Assembly (NCBI GenBank): GCA_964565475.1
Contig: CAZMFB010000011.1
Coordinates: 12,137-76,136 of the forward strand
Direction of reading: 5' to 3'
From: an uncultured Opitutaceae bacterium
GTDB lineage: Bacteria; Verrucomicrobiota; Verrucomicrobiia; Opitutales; Opitutaceae
DNA length: 64,000 nucleotides
Part shown: piece after piece, positions 20,653 through 32,087 of the stretch
How positions within the stretch are numbered: position 1 is the stretch's first letter
Layout of the letters: each line of letters starts with the position of its first letter
Position numbers and translations under genes: made by a program
Notes under the pieces: model-generated
Told to the model about the DNA's origin: nothing
The model's database searches: none
The model's input: the letters and a program-made list of their open reading frames with translations, nothing else

Positions 20653-20873
20653 GGCGAGGGCGGGGCGGGCAGGGTGGCCCGGGGTCACGTGGTTTGGCAA
20701 GCGGACGAAGGACGCCCGCGCGCGGGTTGAACCGCCACTTATGCAGCGGGTTAGGCGGGCGTGCCGGCGAAGCGGATTCGAGCGGCGGTCGAGACCGGTT
20801 ATGAGCTTGGCGGAGCGCGATTTAGGTGACAGGAGGAATCTGCAACTTAACTACGTCGCGCCGTGTATTGAGC

Positions 20874-21467
20874 GTGAATGAATCTCTCACAGTGCAAGCC
20901 ACCCACACGGGCATAGCCGCTCCGACCGATTTCACGACGTTCATGCGCAATTACCAGGACATGGTCTACTCCACCGCCGTGCGCCTCATCGGCAACGAGA
21001 CGCAGGCGGAGGACATTGCGCAGGAAGTATTCATCAAGGCGCACGAGCACTGGGACAACCTCAGCGGCAGCACCACCGCCGGTGGCTGGCTCAAGACTGT
21101 CGCGACCAACCTTTCGATCAACCACATCCAGCGCTACAAGAAGCGCTGGAGCTTCTTCTCCGACCTCGTGCACAAGGACGACGAGGGCGGCGAGAAGGAG
21201 GTCGAGTTCGCCGCCCCCGACACCTTCTTCGCCGGCATGGACGCCGCCGAGCGTCGCGAACACCTCGAGGCCGCCCTCGAAAAGCTGCCCGACCACCAGC
21301 GCATCCCGCTCGTGCTCTTTCATTTTGAGGACATGCCCTACGAGGACATCGCGAAGAAGCTCCGCGTCTCGCTCAGCAAGGTGAAGACCGACATCCTGCG
21401 CGGCCGCGAGGCGCTGGCGAAGATCCTCCTCCGCAGCGGCACCCCGCACGAAACCTTCCAACCCTGA
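20874..21467 (+). CDS. ECF RNA polymerase sigma factor (start uncertain, 20826-20943)
   Basis: AEDIAQEVFIKA, WLKTVATN, LPDHQR, MPYEDIA, VKTDILRGR. Confidence 0.92.
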   Translation: MNESLTVQATHTGIAAPTDFTTFMRNYQDMVYSTAVRLIGNETQAEDIAQEVFIKAHEHWDNLSGSTTAGGWLKTVATNLSINHIQRYKKRWSFFSDLVHKDDEGGEKEVEFAAPDTFFAGMDAAERREHLEAALEKLPDHQRIPLVLFHFEDMPYEDIAKKLRVSLSKVKTDILRGREALAKILLRSGTPHETFQP

Positions 21468-21477
21468 GGCGCGCGCC

Positions 21478-22065
21478 ATGAACGATCCCAAGAAAATGTC
21501 CCCCGGGGAGCTGGAACAATTCATCCACCGCGAGCTGCGCGCGCTCCCGGCCCGCAAAGCCCCCGCCGGTTTTGAGGCCCGATTCCAGGCCCGGCTCGAG
21601 GCGCAGCGCACGCCGGCCGCTACCCCGTCCGTGCAATGGGAGCAGCTGGTCCATGCCGAGCTGCGGGCGCTGCCGCTGCGCAAGGCCCCCGCCGGCTTCG
21701 AGGCCCGCGTGCTCGCCGAGATCGAGCGCCGCGCCGCCGTGGCCTGGTGGCACAAGTCCTGGCAACACTGGCCGGCCGCCGCCCGCGCGGCATTTCTCGC
21801 CGCCAGCACCGGTGTCACCGGTGCGGTCATGGCCGCAATCTTCGTCTACACCCGCGGGGTCGACACCACCACCGCCGCCGTGCAGGTCACCGACCGCCTC
21901 ACGCCGCCCTCGTGGATCGGCACCGTGTTCCACTCCCTTTTCACCGCCGCGGGCAACATCCCGTCGCTCTGGCTCTGGGGCGGCCTCGCCGCGCTCATGG
22001 CCATCTACGCGGCCACCTTCACCCTCGGCGCCACCGCCTACCGCCTGCTTTACCGCAACAACTGA
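21478..22065 (+). CDS. Putative membrane anti-sigma factor with an internal repeat
   Basis: Directly follows the ECF gene; APAGFEARV motif, two hydrophobic segments. Confidence 0.7.
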   Translation: MNDPKKMSPGELEQFIHRELRALPARKAPAGFEARFQARLEAQRTPAATPSVQWEQLVHAELRALPLRKAPAGFEARVLAEIERRAAVAWWHKSWQHWPAAARAAFLAASTGVTGAVMAAIFVYTRGVDTTTAAVQVTDRLTPPSWIGTVFHSLFTAAGNIPSLWLWGGLAALMAIYAATFTLGATAYRLLYRNN

Positions 22066-22073
22066 AAGACGAC

Positions 22074-23882
22074 ATGAAACAACCCGGCACCAAGACCCTT
22101 TTGCCTCTGGGCCTCGCGTTGCTGCTGGCATTCGGTGCCCTCACCGGCTCCGTTTTCGCCCAGTCCACCGAAGAGAAAAAGCCCTCGACGCCCCCGGCCG
22201 AGGAAAAGACCGCGGCAGAGTCCGAAGCGGACAAGACCAAGGTTGAAACCAAGCTCACCGAGGCGGTCGACAAGGTCGCCGCCAAGCTCGGGGAGGCCGC
22301 CGCGAAGATCGAGGCCAAGGCCGACGAGGCCGCGACCAAAGCGGCTGATGACGAAGCGGAGATGCGCAGTCTCGACGGCGAGGACTCCGCGCCGAAGCCC
22401 GCCCGCAAGGGCCGTTCCCGCAGCCGCACCCAGGGCACCAGCAGCGGTGATCCCAAGTTCGGCGGCCAGACCGTGTCCGCGGAAAAGCGCCAGGGTGAGG
22501 CGGTCACGATCATGGGCGACACCGTGGTCGATGGCGAGGTGATGGACGCCGCCGTCTCCATCCTCGGCAACACGACCGTCAACGGCCGGGTGCATGACGC
22601 CGCGGTGTCGGTGCTTGGCACGACCACGGTCAACGGCCGGGTCGGCGACGCGGTGGTCGCCGTGCTCGGTGATGTGGTCCTCGGCCCCGAGGCGGTGGTC
22701 GAAGGCGAGGTTGTGGTCGTCTTCGGCAAGCTCAAGCGCGCGCCCGGCAGCCAGGTGAAGGGCGGCATCCAGGAAATCGGGGGATTCGGCCCGTTCCAAG
22801 GCTCGGCCTGGCTGCATGCCTACGTGAAGCAGTGCGTGATCTGGTTCCGACCGCTCTGGTTCGGTGAAAACCTCGGCTGGGCCTGGCTTGTGGCCGCGGG
22901 CTTCCTCGTGCTCTATCTCTTCCTCACGCTCATCTTCCCGGGCGGGGTCGCACGCTGCGCGGAGATGCTCGAGCAGCAGCCGGGCAACACGATCATCGCC
23001 ACGGTGCTGACGACGATGCTGACGCCGCTGGCCATGATCCTGCTGGCCATCACGGGCGTGGGCCTGGCGCTGGTGCCGTTCCTCGGCGGGGCCTTGTTTT
23101 TCGCGGGATTGTTCGGCAAGGCCGCCGTGCTGGCCTGGCTCGGCCGCCGCATCATCGGCAAGCCCGGCCCCGAGGCCCTGGTGCGCAGCACGCTGCTCGC
23201 CGTCCTCCTCGGCGGCCTGATCGTGATGCTGCTCTATTGCATCCCCGTGATGGGTTTCCTGCTCTACAAGGTGTTCGGCCTCCTCGGCACCGGCATGGTG
23301 GTCTACGCCATCGCCCTCGCGGCCCGGAAGGACAAGCCGGCCAAGGCGCCCGCACCGATCCTTGCCGCGCCCGCGGTAATGCCGGCGGCGAGCGCGGGTT
23401 TCACCGGAGCCACCGCCGAACCGTCCCCCGCAACGGGAGGTTCGCCCTTCACCGCGCCGGCCGCGCCGCCGGTCCTCATCAGCGCCGACACCCTGCCACG
23501 CGCGGGCTTCTGGGTGCGCACGGGCGCAGCCTTCCTCGACTTCCTGATGATCGGCATCGGCTGCGGCATCCTCGACAATTTCGTCAGCCTCAACATGCCC
23601 GGCTTCCTCTTCCTCGCGCTCGCCACCTACAGCGCGGTGATGTGGAAGAACAAAGGCACGACCATCGGCGGGGTCATCTGCGGCCTCAAGGTCGTGCGCC
23701 TCGACGACCGGCCCATCGACTGGACCATCGCCATCGTGCGCGCGCTGTCGGCCTTCCTCTCGTTCTTCACGGCCGGCATGGGCTTCATCTGGGTCGCCTT
23801 CGACGACGAGAAGCAGAGCTGGCACGACAAGATCGCCGGCACGACCATCGTCAGGGTGCCGAAGGGCACGTCGCTGCTGTGA
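22074..23882 (+). CDS. Multi-TM protein with a beta-helix (bactofilin-like) region and C-terminal RDD domain
   Basis: Repeats DAAVSILGNTTVNGRV; AGFWVRTGAAFLD, TIGG..GLKVV, SWHDKIAGT. Confidence 0.85.
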   Translation: MKQPGTKTLLPLGLALLLAFGALTGSVFAQSTEEKKPSTPPAEEKTAAESEADKTKVETKLTEAVDKVAAKLGEAAAKIEAKADEAATKAADDEAEMRSLDGEDSAPKPARKGRSRSRTQGTSSGDPKFGGQTVSAEKRQGEAVTIMGDTVVDGEVMDAAVSILGNTTVNGRVHDAAVSVLGTTTVNGRVGDAVVAVLGDVVLGPEAVVEGEVVVVFGKLKRAPGSQVKGGIQEIGGFGPFQGSAWLHAYVKQCVIWFRPLWFGENLGWAWLVAAGFLVLYLFLTLIFPGGVARCAEMLEQQPGNTIIATVLTTMLTPLAMILLAITGVGLALVPFLGGALFFAGLFGKAAVLAWLGRRIIGKPGPEALVRSTLLAVLLGGLIVMLLYCIPVMGFLLYKVFGLLGTGMVVYAIALAARKDKPAKAPAPILAAPAVMPAASAGFTGATAEPSPATGGSPFTAPAAPPVLISADTLPRAGFWVRTGAAFLDFLMIGIGCGILDNFVSLNMPGFLFLALATYSAVMWKNKGTTIGGVICGLKVVRLDDRPIDWTIAIVRALSAFLSFFTAGMGFIWVAFDDEKQSWHDKIAGTTIVRVPKGTSLL

Positions 23883-23984
23883 GTCAGCGGTGAGCAGCAA
23901 GCAGGACCGGCGAAAGCCGGTCTTTTGCTTTGCCGGAAGTTGCAGTTGAACCGCTCACCGCTCACTGCTTACTGCTTACTGCGC
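23880..23984. repeat. Inverted heptamer tandem arrays around a central hairpin
   Basis: AGCGGTG-AGCAGCA-AGCAGGA ... ACCGCTC-ACCGCTC-ACTGCTT-ACTGCTT-ACTGCGC; GACCGGC-GAAA-GCCGGTC-TTTT between them. Confidence 0.75.
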
Positions 23985-23988
23985 ACCA

Positions 23989-24474
23989 ATGAAACCTCTC
24001 GTCGGCATCGTCATGGGCAGTGTCTCCGATTGGGAGACGATGCGGCACGCGGCCGGGCAGCTCGCGGCGCTGGGAATTCCCTATGAGAAGCGCGTCGTCA
24101 GCGCGCACCGCACGCCGAAGCTGATGGTGGCCTACGCGGAGTCGGCCGAGAAGCGCGGGCTCAAGCTCATCATCGCGGGCGCGGGCGGGGCGGCGCACCT
24201 GCCGGGCATGACCGCCTCGCTCACCACCCTGCCCGTGCTCGGCGTGCCGGTGGAGTCGAGGGCGCTGAAGGGTCTCGATTCGCTGCTCTCGATCGCGCAG
24301 ATGCCCGCGGGCGTGCCGGTGGCCACGTTCGCCGTGGGCAAATCCGGCGCGGTCAACGCCGCGTTGTTCGCCGCGTCACTGCTCGGGCAGAGCGATGCGA
24401 AGACGAGGCGCGCATGGGAGAAATTCCGGGCCGCGCAGACGAAGAAGATTCTGAGGGCCAAACTGCCGAAATGA
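23989..24474 (+). CDS. purE: N5-CAIR mutase
   Basis: [38 protein letters not shown]. Confidence 0.97.
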   Translation: MKPLVGIVMGSVSDWETMRHAAGQLAALGIPYEKRVVSAHRTPKLMVAYAESAEKRGLKLIIAGAGGAAHLPGMTASLTTLPVLGVPVESRALKGLDSLLSIAQMPAGVPVATFAVGKSGAVNAALFAASLLGQSDAKTRRAWEKFRAAQTKKILRAKLPK

Positions 24475-24477
24475 AAA

Positions 24478-24547
24478 ACACCAAGATCGCCAAGGAAGCA
24501 AAGCTGGCTTTCGGTTGGAACTTTGCGGTCTTTGCGACCTTTGTGTG
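24478..24547. repeat. Inverted 9-bp unit arrays filling the purE-purK gap
   Basis: CACCAAGAT-CGCCAAGGA-AGCAAAG ... CTTTGCGGT-CTTTGCGAC-CTTTGTGTG. Confidence 0.75.
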
Positions 24548-24553
24548 GTTCAA

Positions 24554-25675
24554 ATGATTCTCCCGGGCAAAACCATCGGCGTGCTGGGCGGCGGGCAGCT
24601 CGGGCGCATGCTGGCGCAGGCGGCCAACCGTGTCGGTTACCGCGTGCATGTCTACGAGCCGCAGGCCAACGGCCCGGCCGGCGCCGTGGCGCAAAAGGAG
24701 GTCAACGCCCCCTACGACGACCTCGCCGCCCTGTCGGCCTTCGCGCAGGAGTGCGACGTGCTGACCTACGAGTTCGAGAACGTGCCGGCCGCTCCGCTCA
24801 AGGCCATCGAGGGCCTGACCAAGCTGCGCCCGCATTGGAGCGTGCTCGAGACCTGCCAGAACCGCTCGCGCGAGAAGCGCTGGTTGCGCGATCACAAGTT
24901 TCCGCACGCGCGCTTCGAGGAGGTCGCCGCCGGTGGCGACCTCGCGGCGGGCATCCGTGCCGTGGGTGTGCCCTGCGTGGTGAAGACGGCGGACTTCGGC
25001 TACGACGGGAAGGGCCAGCTCAAGGTCATGGCGGAAACCGACATCACCGCCGCCGGGGCGCGGTTCGCCGGGCAACCGGTGGTGATCGAGCAGTTCGTGG
25101 ATTTCGCGTGCGAGATCTCCGTCGTGCTGGCCCGCAGCGAGTCGGCGGCCGTGCGGGTGTTCCCCGTGGTGGAGAACATCCACACGAACCACATCCTGGA
25201 TTTTTCCATCGTGCCGGCGCGCGTGCCGCCGGAGTCTGCCGCCGCGGCGGAGAAGATGGCGCGCGTGCTCGCGGAGAAGATCGGGCTCGTCGGCGTGATG
25301 GGTGTGGAGATGTTCGTGACGCAGGACGGCGCGGTGCTGATCAATGAGCTGGCGCCGCGCACGCACAACAGCGGGCACTACACGATCGACGCCTGTCCGG
25401 TGTCGCAGTTCGAGCAGCAGGTGCGGGCCATCTGCGGCCTGCCGCTGGGCGACACGCGCCTGCTCACGCCGGTCGTGATGGTGAACATCCTCGGCGACGC
25501 GTGGTCGCGCGGAGAGCCCAACTGGAAGGACCTGCTCGCGCAACCGGCCGCGCGGCTGCATCTTTACGGCAAGGCCGAGGCGCGGCCCGGCCGGAAGATG
25601 GGCCACTTCACCGTCACGGCGCGCGACGCCGACATGGCCCTCGAGATGGCGCAGAAATACCAGGCGCGGTTGTGA
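24554..25675 (+). CDS. purK: N5-CAIR synthase
   Basis: GGGQLGRM, TYEFEN, GYDGKGQ, NELAPRTHNSGH, HLYGK..RKMGH. Confidence 0.97.
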   Translation: MILPGKTIGVLGGGQLGRMLAQAANRVGYRVHVYEPQANGPAGAVAQKEVNAPYDDLAALSAFAQECDVLTYEFENVPAAPLKAIEGLTKLRPHWSVLETCQNRSREKRWLRDHKFPHARFEEVAAGGDLAAGIRAVGVPCVVKTADFGYDGKGQLKVMAETDITAAGARFAGQPVVIEQFVDFACEISVVLARSESAAVRVFPVVENIHTNHILDFSIVPARVPPESAAAAEKMARVLAEKIGLVGVMGVEMFVTQDGAVLINELAPRTHNSGHYTIDACPVSQFEQQVRAICGLPLGDTRLLTPVVMVNILGDAWSRGEPNWKDLLAQPAARLHLYGKAEARPGRKMGHFTVTARDADMALEMAQKYQARL

Positions 25676-25733
25676 GCAGAGCGTGTCTGTCCCGCCGCTT
25701 GACTATGCTTGGGCGGGAAACATCGTTCCGCGC

Positions 25734-25922
25734 ATGAGCACGAGCGCCCAGCCCGCGATACGCGAAGTCGGTAAGCTGACCGCTTCCGCGCTGGAGCGTT
25801 TCGGCCGCAATCAACGCCGGACGGCGCTCGTCGCACCCAAAGCAGGATGGCCGAAGGGGGTGCAGCGTTTCCGCGACTGGCGGGAATTCGAGACATGGCA
25901 ACGGCGCCGCCGAGCGGACTGA
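25734..25922 (+). CDS. Small basic protein preceding a nucleotidyltransferase (putative TA-like partner)
   Basis: 62 aa, C-terminal PKGVQRFRDWREFETW; overlaps the downstream gene start. Confidence 0.65.
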   Translation: MSTSAQPAIREVGKLTASALERFGRNQRRTALVAPKAGWPKGVQRFRDWREFETWQRRRRAD

Positions 25923-26380
25923 CAAGGCCGCCGGACGACCACGATCTCGTGGCGCTGGCCCGGGAATTGAACCGGTTGGGCGCGCGCTATGTGGTGATCG
26001 GCGGCGTGGCGATGAATCGCCTCGGTTTCATCCGGGCCACGGAAGACTTGGACCTGCTGATCGCGCGGGACCGGGAAAACCAGACCTTGGTGCGCCGGGC
26101 CTTGGAAATCCTGCCCGACAAGGCGGTGCGCGAACTCGGTCCGGACGAGGATCTCGCCACTTGGGTGGTGGTGCGGGTGAACGACGTTATCACGGTCGAT
26201 TTGATGACGGAGGCCTCGGGCATCGGCTACGCCGAGGCGGAGACAGGCATCGAGTGGATTGAGCTAGAGGGGGTGAAGGTGCCGTTCGCCAGCGCCGAAC
26301 TGATGCTCCGCTTCAAGCAGAGCAAACGCGAGAAGGACGTGTTGGACAGGCAGTTTCTGGAGAACCGAAGAAAATCATGA
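25895..26380 (+). CDS. Pol-beta-fold nucleotidyltransferase (DUF6036/AbiEii-like)
   Basis: YVVIGGVAM..G..RATEDLDLL; C-terminal K..SKREKDVLD. Confidence 0.85.
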   Translation: MATAPPSGLTRPPDDHDLVALARELNRLGARYVVIGGVAMNRLGFIRATEDLDLLIARDRENQTLVRRALEILPDKAVRELGPDEDLATWVVVRVNDVITVDLMTEASGIGYAEAETGIEWIELEGVKVPFASAELMLRFKQSKREKDVLDRQFLENRRKS

Positions 26381-26382
26381 AC

Positions 26383-26439
26383 GCCCGCGACGCCGACATG
26401 GCCCTCGAGATGGCGTGGAAATACCAAGCACGACTGTGA
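26383..26439 (+). repeat. Second copy of the purK 3' end (direct repeat of 25619-25675)
   Basis: ARDADMALEMAWKYQARL-stop versus ARDADMALEMAQKYQARL-stop. Confidence 0.93.
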
Positions 26440-26443
26440 CGTT

Positions 26444-26920
26444 CTACTCTACGTTACCTGTGCGTAGGTGCTTCTCGCCCTGAATTGGCACGCGCAATTC
26501 AAACCTCATGGGGAAAACATCTCTTTCCGATGCCTGTATTGATTTGAGAAGCGCATCACGGTTTTTGATCACCCATGTATGCTTATCAGCCAGTGCTTGC
26601 CTGCGGGATTGATGCGGGAGAACTTTATAACCGAAATCACCTATTACTGCTCCCGGTGTTATCTCAACTTTCGAGCCAGCAGTGGGGACAATCATAAATC
26701 CACAGAAAACGCTGCCGTTTGCCGCAGTAAAATTGGCGGCGACTATTTGAGAATAGCCACCCCTGGGGACGGCCTTGTTCGTTACAGGTTGGACCCACGT
26801 CTCGTCTTGTTCGGTATCCGCGCCTTCATCATCGATGGCGTATTCCCACACGGGATATTTTCTTAGATCCTCGATCACCAGTTGATCGACAGGTTTACGA
26901 GTCCGCTTTGTCACACTCAT
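26444..26920 (-). CDS. Hypothetical protein, low GC (158 aa)
   Basis: ATG ORF with AT-rich codons filling a compositionally distinct segment. Confidence 0.75.
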   Translation of the reverse strand: MSVTKRTRKPVDQLVIEDLRKYPVWEYAIDDEGADTEQDETWVQPVTNKAVPRGGYSQIVAANFTAANGSVFCGFMIVPTAGSKVEITPGAVIGDFGYKVLPHQSRRQALADKHTWVIKNRDALLKSIQASERDVFPMRFELRVPIQGEKHLRTGNVE

Positions 26921-26942
26921 TTTCTTCTCGTAACTTGATTCT

Positions 26943-27797
26943 TCAACCGAGCCCGTAGAACGCGTGCTGCCCGGGATAGTCGGGGACGGGGTGCGAGCCT
27001 AGAGCTTTGGCTTCGGCGACGAGGTTGAGTGACTCGGCGGCGGGTTCGCTCAGCACGCAGCGCGAGCCGAGCTGCTTGGTGCATTTCTCAATGCGGAAGA
27101 GGAAGATGACGTCGCTACCCGTGAGCGATTCGCCCTGCAGACCGCCGGCGATGGCGACCTTGCCGTAGTGCAGGATGGTGCGGAAGGGACGTGGGCTGGT
27201 GGCTTGGAGGGCGACGATTTCGCGGAAGGCGGGGGCGACTTTGTCGGCGGGGTGGCGGTCCTGACGCCAGTAGGCGAAGAGAGCGTCGCCGAGGTAGGCA
27301 TTGATGGTGGCGCCGGAGCGGACGAGGACGGGACGAACGAGCTCAAGCCAGCGCTTGAAGTCGGCGGAGGCGGCCTCGGCACCGACGGCGTGGGTGTGGG
27401 CAGTGTGGCCGATGAGGTCGAGCATCAGCAGCCAGACATGGCCGGAGTGGATCTGGACCGAAGTGGCGCCGGCGTCCGAGGACGGGGCCCCGGAATCCTG
27501 TTGGCAACGGTAGGTGAGCTTGACGCCGCCAACCTCGATCACGTCGCCGTCGTGCAAGGCGGTGCTGCGCTCAAGGCGGAGGCCGTTGAGGTAGGTGCCG
27601 TTGGTGCTGTGGAGGTCGGTGATGACATGGCCGCCGCGTTCGCCCGGCTGGATGACGGCGTGGTTGCGGGAGATGCCCGCGACGTCGACGACGAGCTGGT
27701 TGGTGGCGGCGCGACCAAGCGTGCACACGCCGGCATCGAGCCACTGCATGCGTCCGTCCGCGAGTTCGAGCCAGGCTTGGGGAAGGGCGTCGGGCAT
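26943..27797 (-). CDS. FHA domain plus class III nucleotide cyclase-like domain
   Basis: LGR, ISRNHA, STNGTYLNG (FHA); LMLDLIGHT and YLGDALFAYW (cyclase). Confidence 0.88.
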   Translation of the reverse strand: MPDALPQAWLELADGRMQWLDAGVCTLGRAATNQLVVDVAGISRNHAVIQPGERGGHVITDLHSTNGTYLNGLRLERSTALHDGDVIEVGGVKLTYRCQQDSGAPSSDAGATSVQIHSGHVWLLMLDLIGHTAHTHAVGAEAASADFKRWLELVRPVLVRSGATINAYLGDALFAYWRQDRHPADKVAPAFREIVALQATSPRPFRTILHYGKVAIAGGLQGESLTGSDVIFLFRIEKCTKQLGSRCVLSEPAAESLNLVAEAKALGSHPVPDYPGQHAFYGLG

Positions 27798-27814
27798 GGA
27801 GGTGTAATCAGATG

Positions 27815-27850
27815 GATTGCTTCGTCGTCCGGAGGACTCCTCGCAATGAC
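27815..27850. repeat. REP-like hairpin GATTGCTTCGTC...CTCGCAATGAC
   Basis: ATTGC/GCAAT outer stem and GTCC/GGAC inner stem with internal loops. Confidence 0.65.
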
Positions 27851-27854
27851 GCGC

Positions 27855-29660
27855 TTACTTCAGCCGGAGGCGCCAGAGGTTGTAGGCGCCGCCGCGGTTG
27901 GACATGAAATAGACGACGCTGGGGTCGGTGGGGGACCACGATGGGGCGATGTCGTCCGAGCCGTTGGCAGTGAGCTGCTGGATGCCGGAGCCGTCGGCGT
28001 TCATGACGTAGATGTTGTTGTTCCGGCGGCCCTGGTCGTCGACGTCGCGATCGGAGACGAAGAGGATGCGCACGGGGCTGCTGAAGCTGGCGACGGGATG
28101 GACGCAGTGGGCGGAGAGGAAGGAGTCGTCGGAGATGACGTTGGTCTCGAGGCGGCCGTCGGGCTCGACGGAGAAAATCTGCTTCTTGCCGGAAGTCTCG
28201 TCGGTGCGGGTGAAGTAGATCTTGGCGGGCTCGCGATGGGAGACCTCGTGCGCGGTGATCTGGAACTGGGTGGGGAGGGCGCCGTCCATCTTGACGGTGC
28301 TGAGCTGCGGGGTGGCGAGCGGGTAGGCCGGCTCGACGGAGAGGTAGACGACCTCGCGGTTGCTGTCGGTGTAGGTGGGGCCGTAGTTGAAACGCTGGTC
28401 GTTGGTGATGCGCGCGACGCCGCCGGAGGTGCGGTTGTCGGCGAAGTTGATGCGGAAGATGTCGGGCTTGGCGGGGTCGCCGCGGTTGGACTGGAAGACG
28501 AGGATGTTGCTGGAGTCGGGGGCGATGACAGGCGCGGCGTCGAGGTAGCGCTTGGAATTGTCGATCAGGCGGCCGAGGCCGCCGGAGTCATCCTCGATCT
28601 TCTTGATGAAGAGGGCGGAGTAGAACTTGCCGGCATCGTCCTGCATGGTGAGCGAGAGGATGGCCGAGGCGCCGTCGGGGGTGATGGCGTAGGAATTGAG
28701 GGCCTGGAGCGGGGCCCGGGCGTTCTGGTCGCGGCGGGCGAAGCGCGTGAGGCGGGCGAGGCCGGTGATGTCGGCCGCGCGCTCGCCGGTGGCGAGGAGG
28801 GCGAGGCGGTTGGCCTGGTCCACGGTCATGCGTGCGCCGGTGGCGGTGACCTCGACGACGGGGGCGAGCAGCGGCACGGGCAGCTCGGTGATGGGCCTGA
28901 GGGTGAGCGAGAGGATGTTGGGCGAGTCGTGTGTGAGCGTGGCGGTCGCGGGTTGGTAGATGGTGGGGATCTCGGCCTGCAGCGCGTAGGAGTTCCAGGG
29001 CTTGGTCTTGTCGGCCCGGGTGAAGACAAGGGGGATCCGGGCGGGGGCGCTGCCCTTTTCCTGGCCGTTGACGGCGAGCATGGCCTCGATGGCGGCGCCG
29101 TCGGGGGCCTTGGTCTCGATGCTGAACGTCTTCTCGAAGCGCAGGAGGCTGAGGGCAACGGCCGGCGGGGCGGGTTGCTCGTAGGCGAGGCGGAAGGACT
29201 CGCCCTGGTGGTCGGCCTTGGCGAGGGCCACGGTCTGGGGTTTCCACGGCGAGGTCTTGGTTTCGCGGTGGAAGGTCACCTTGGTGGTCAACGGCGTCAC
29301 GCCGGTGGCGCGGCCGTCGATGGTGACGCTTGCGCCTTCAGGGGAGGACTTGATGGAGACCTCGCGCTCGAGCTGCAGCGGTTCGAGCGCGACGGCGATC
29401 TCCTTCTGCTTGGACTTGGTGGAGAAGGTGACGCTCTCGCTTTGGTAGCCGGCGAGCTCGACGGAGAAGGTGTAGGGTTTGTCGCTGCGCTTGACGTCGA
29501 AGTTGGCGGGGGCGGGCAGGCGCTGCCCGGTTTCCTGCAACACCACGGTGGCACCGGCGGGCGTGGCGACGATGCGGATGGGCACGGCCGGGGCGGTCAA
29601 CACGGCGGCGAGCAGCAGGGCAAACAGCGCGGCGGGGCGGAGCAACGGGCGCGGCATCAT
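27855..29660 (-). CDS. Secreted PEGA-domain protein with a TolB/PD40-like propeller
   Basis: Signal peptide, SSPEGASVTIDGRATGVTP, LFVSDRD..IYVMNADGSGIQQLT..PSWSP. Confidence 0.85.
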   Translation of the reverse strand: MMPRPLLRPAALFALLLAAVLTAPAVPIRIVATPAGATVVLQETGQRLPAPANFDVKRSDKPYTFSVELAGYQSESVTFSTKSKQKEIAVALEPLQLEREVSIKSSPEGASVTIDGRATGVTPLTTKVTFHRETKTSPWKPQTVALAKADHQGESFRLAYEQPAPPAVALSLLRFEKTFSIETKAPDGAAIEAMLAVNGQEKGSAPARIPLVFTRADKTKPWNSYALQAEIPTIYQPATATLTHDSPNILSLTLRPITELPVPLLAPVVEVTATGARMTVDQANRLALLATGERAADITGLARLTRFARRDQNARAPLQALNSYAITPDGASAILSLTMQDDAGKFYSALFIKKIEDDSGGLGRLIDNSKRYLDAAPVIAPDSSNILVFQSNRGDPAKPDIFRINFADNRTSGGVARITNDQRFNYGPTYTDSNREVVYLSVEPAYPLATPQLSTVKMDGALPTQFQITAHEVSHREPAKIYFTRTDETSGKKQIFSVEPDGRLETNVISDDSFLSAHCVHPVASFSSPVRILFVSDRDVDDQGRRNNNIYVMNADGSGIQQLTANGSDDIAPSWSPTDPSVVYFMSNRGGAYNLWRLRLK

Positions 29661-29753
29661 GCTCCGGTTAAACCCGGGCGCGGAAGACCGGTCAACGGGT
29701 TTTGTTTCAGTCTGGCGTCAGGCAGGGCGCGGCGTTGTATCGGCCCGCGCCCC

Positions 29754-32081
<2,328 letters not shown>

Positions 32082-32087
32082 GGGGAC

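Noticed and set aside
27168..29753. N-terminal extension of the 1637-aa kinase ORF
   Set aside because: It is antisense to the FHA-cyclase and PEGA/TolB genes; the kinase starts at 29754.
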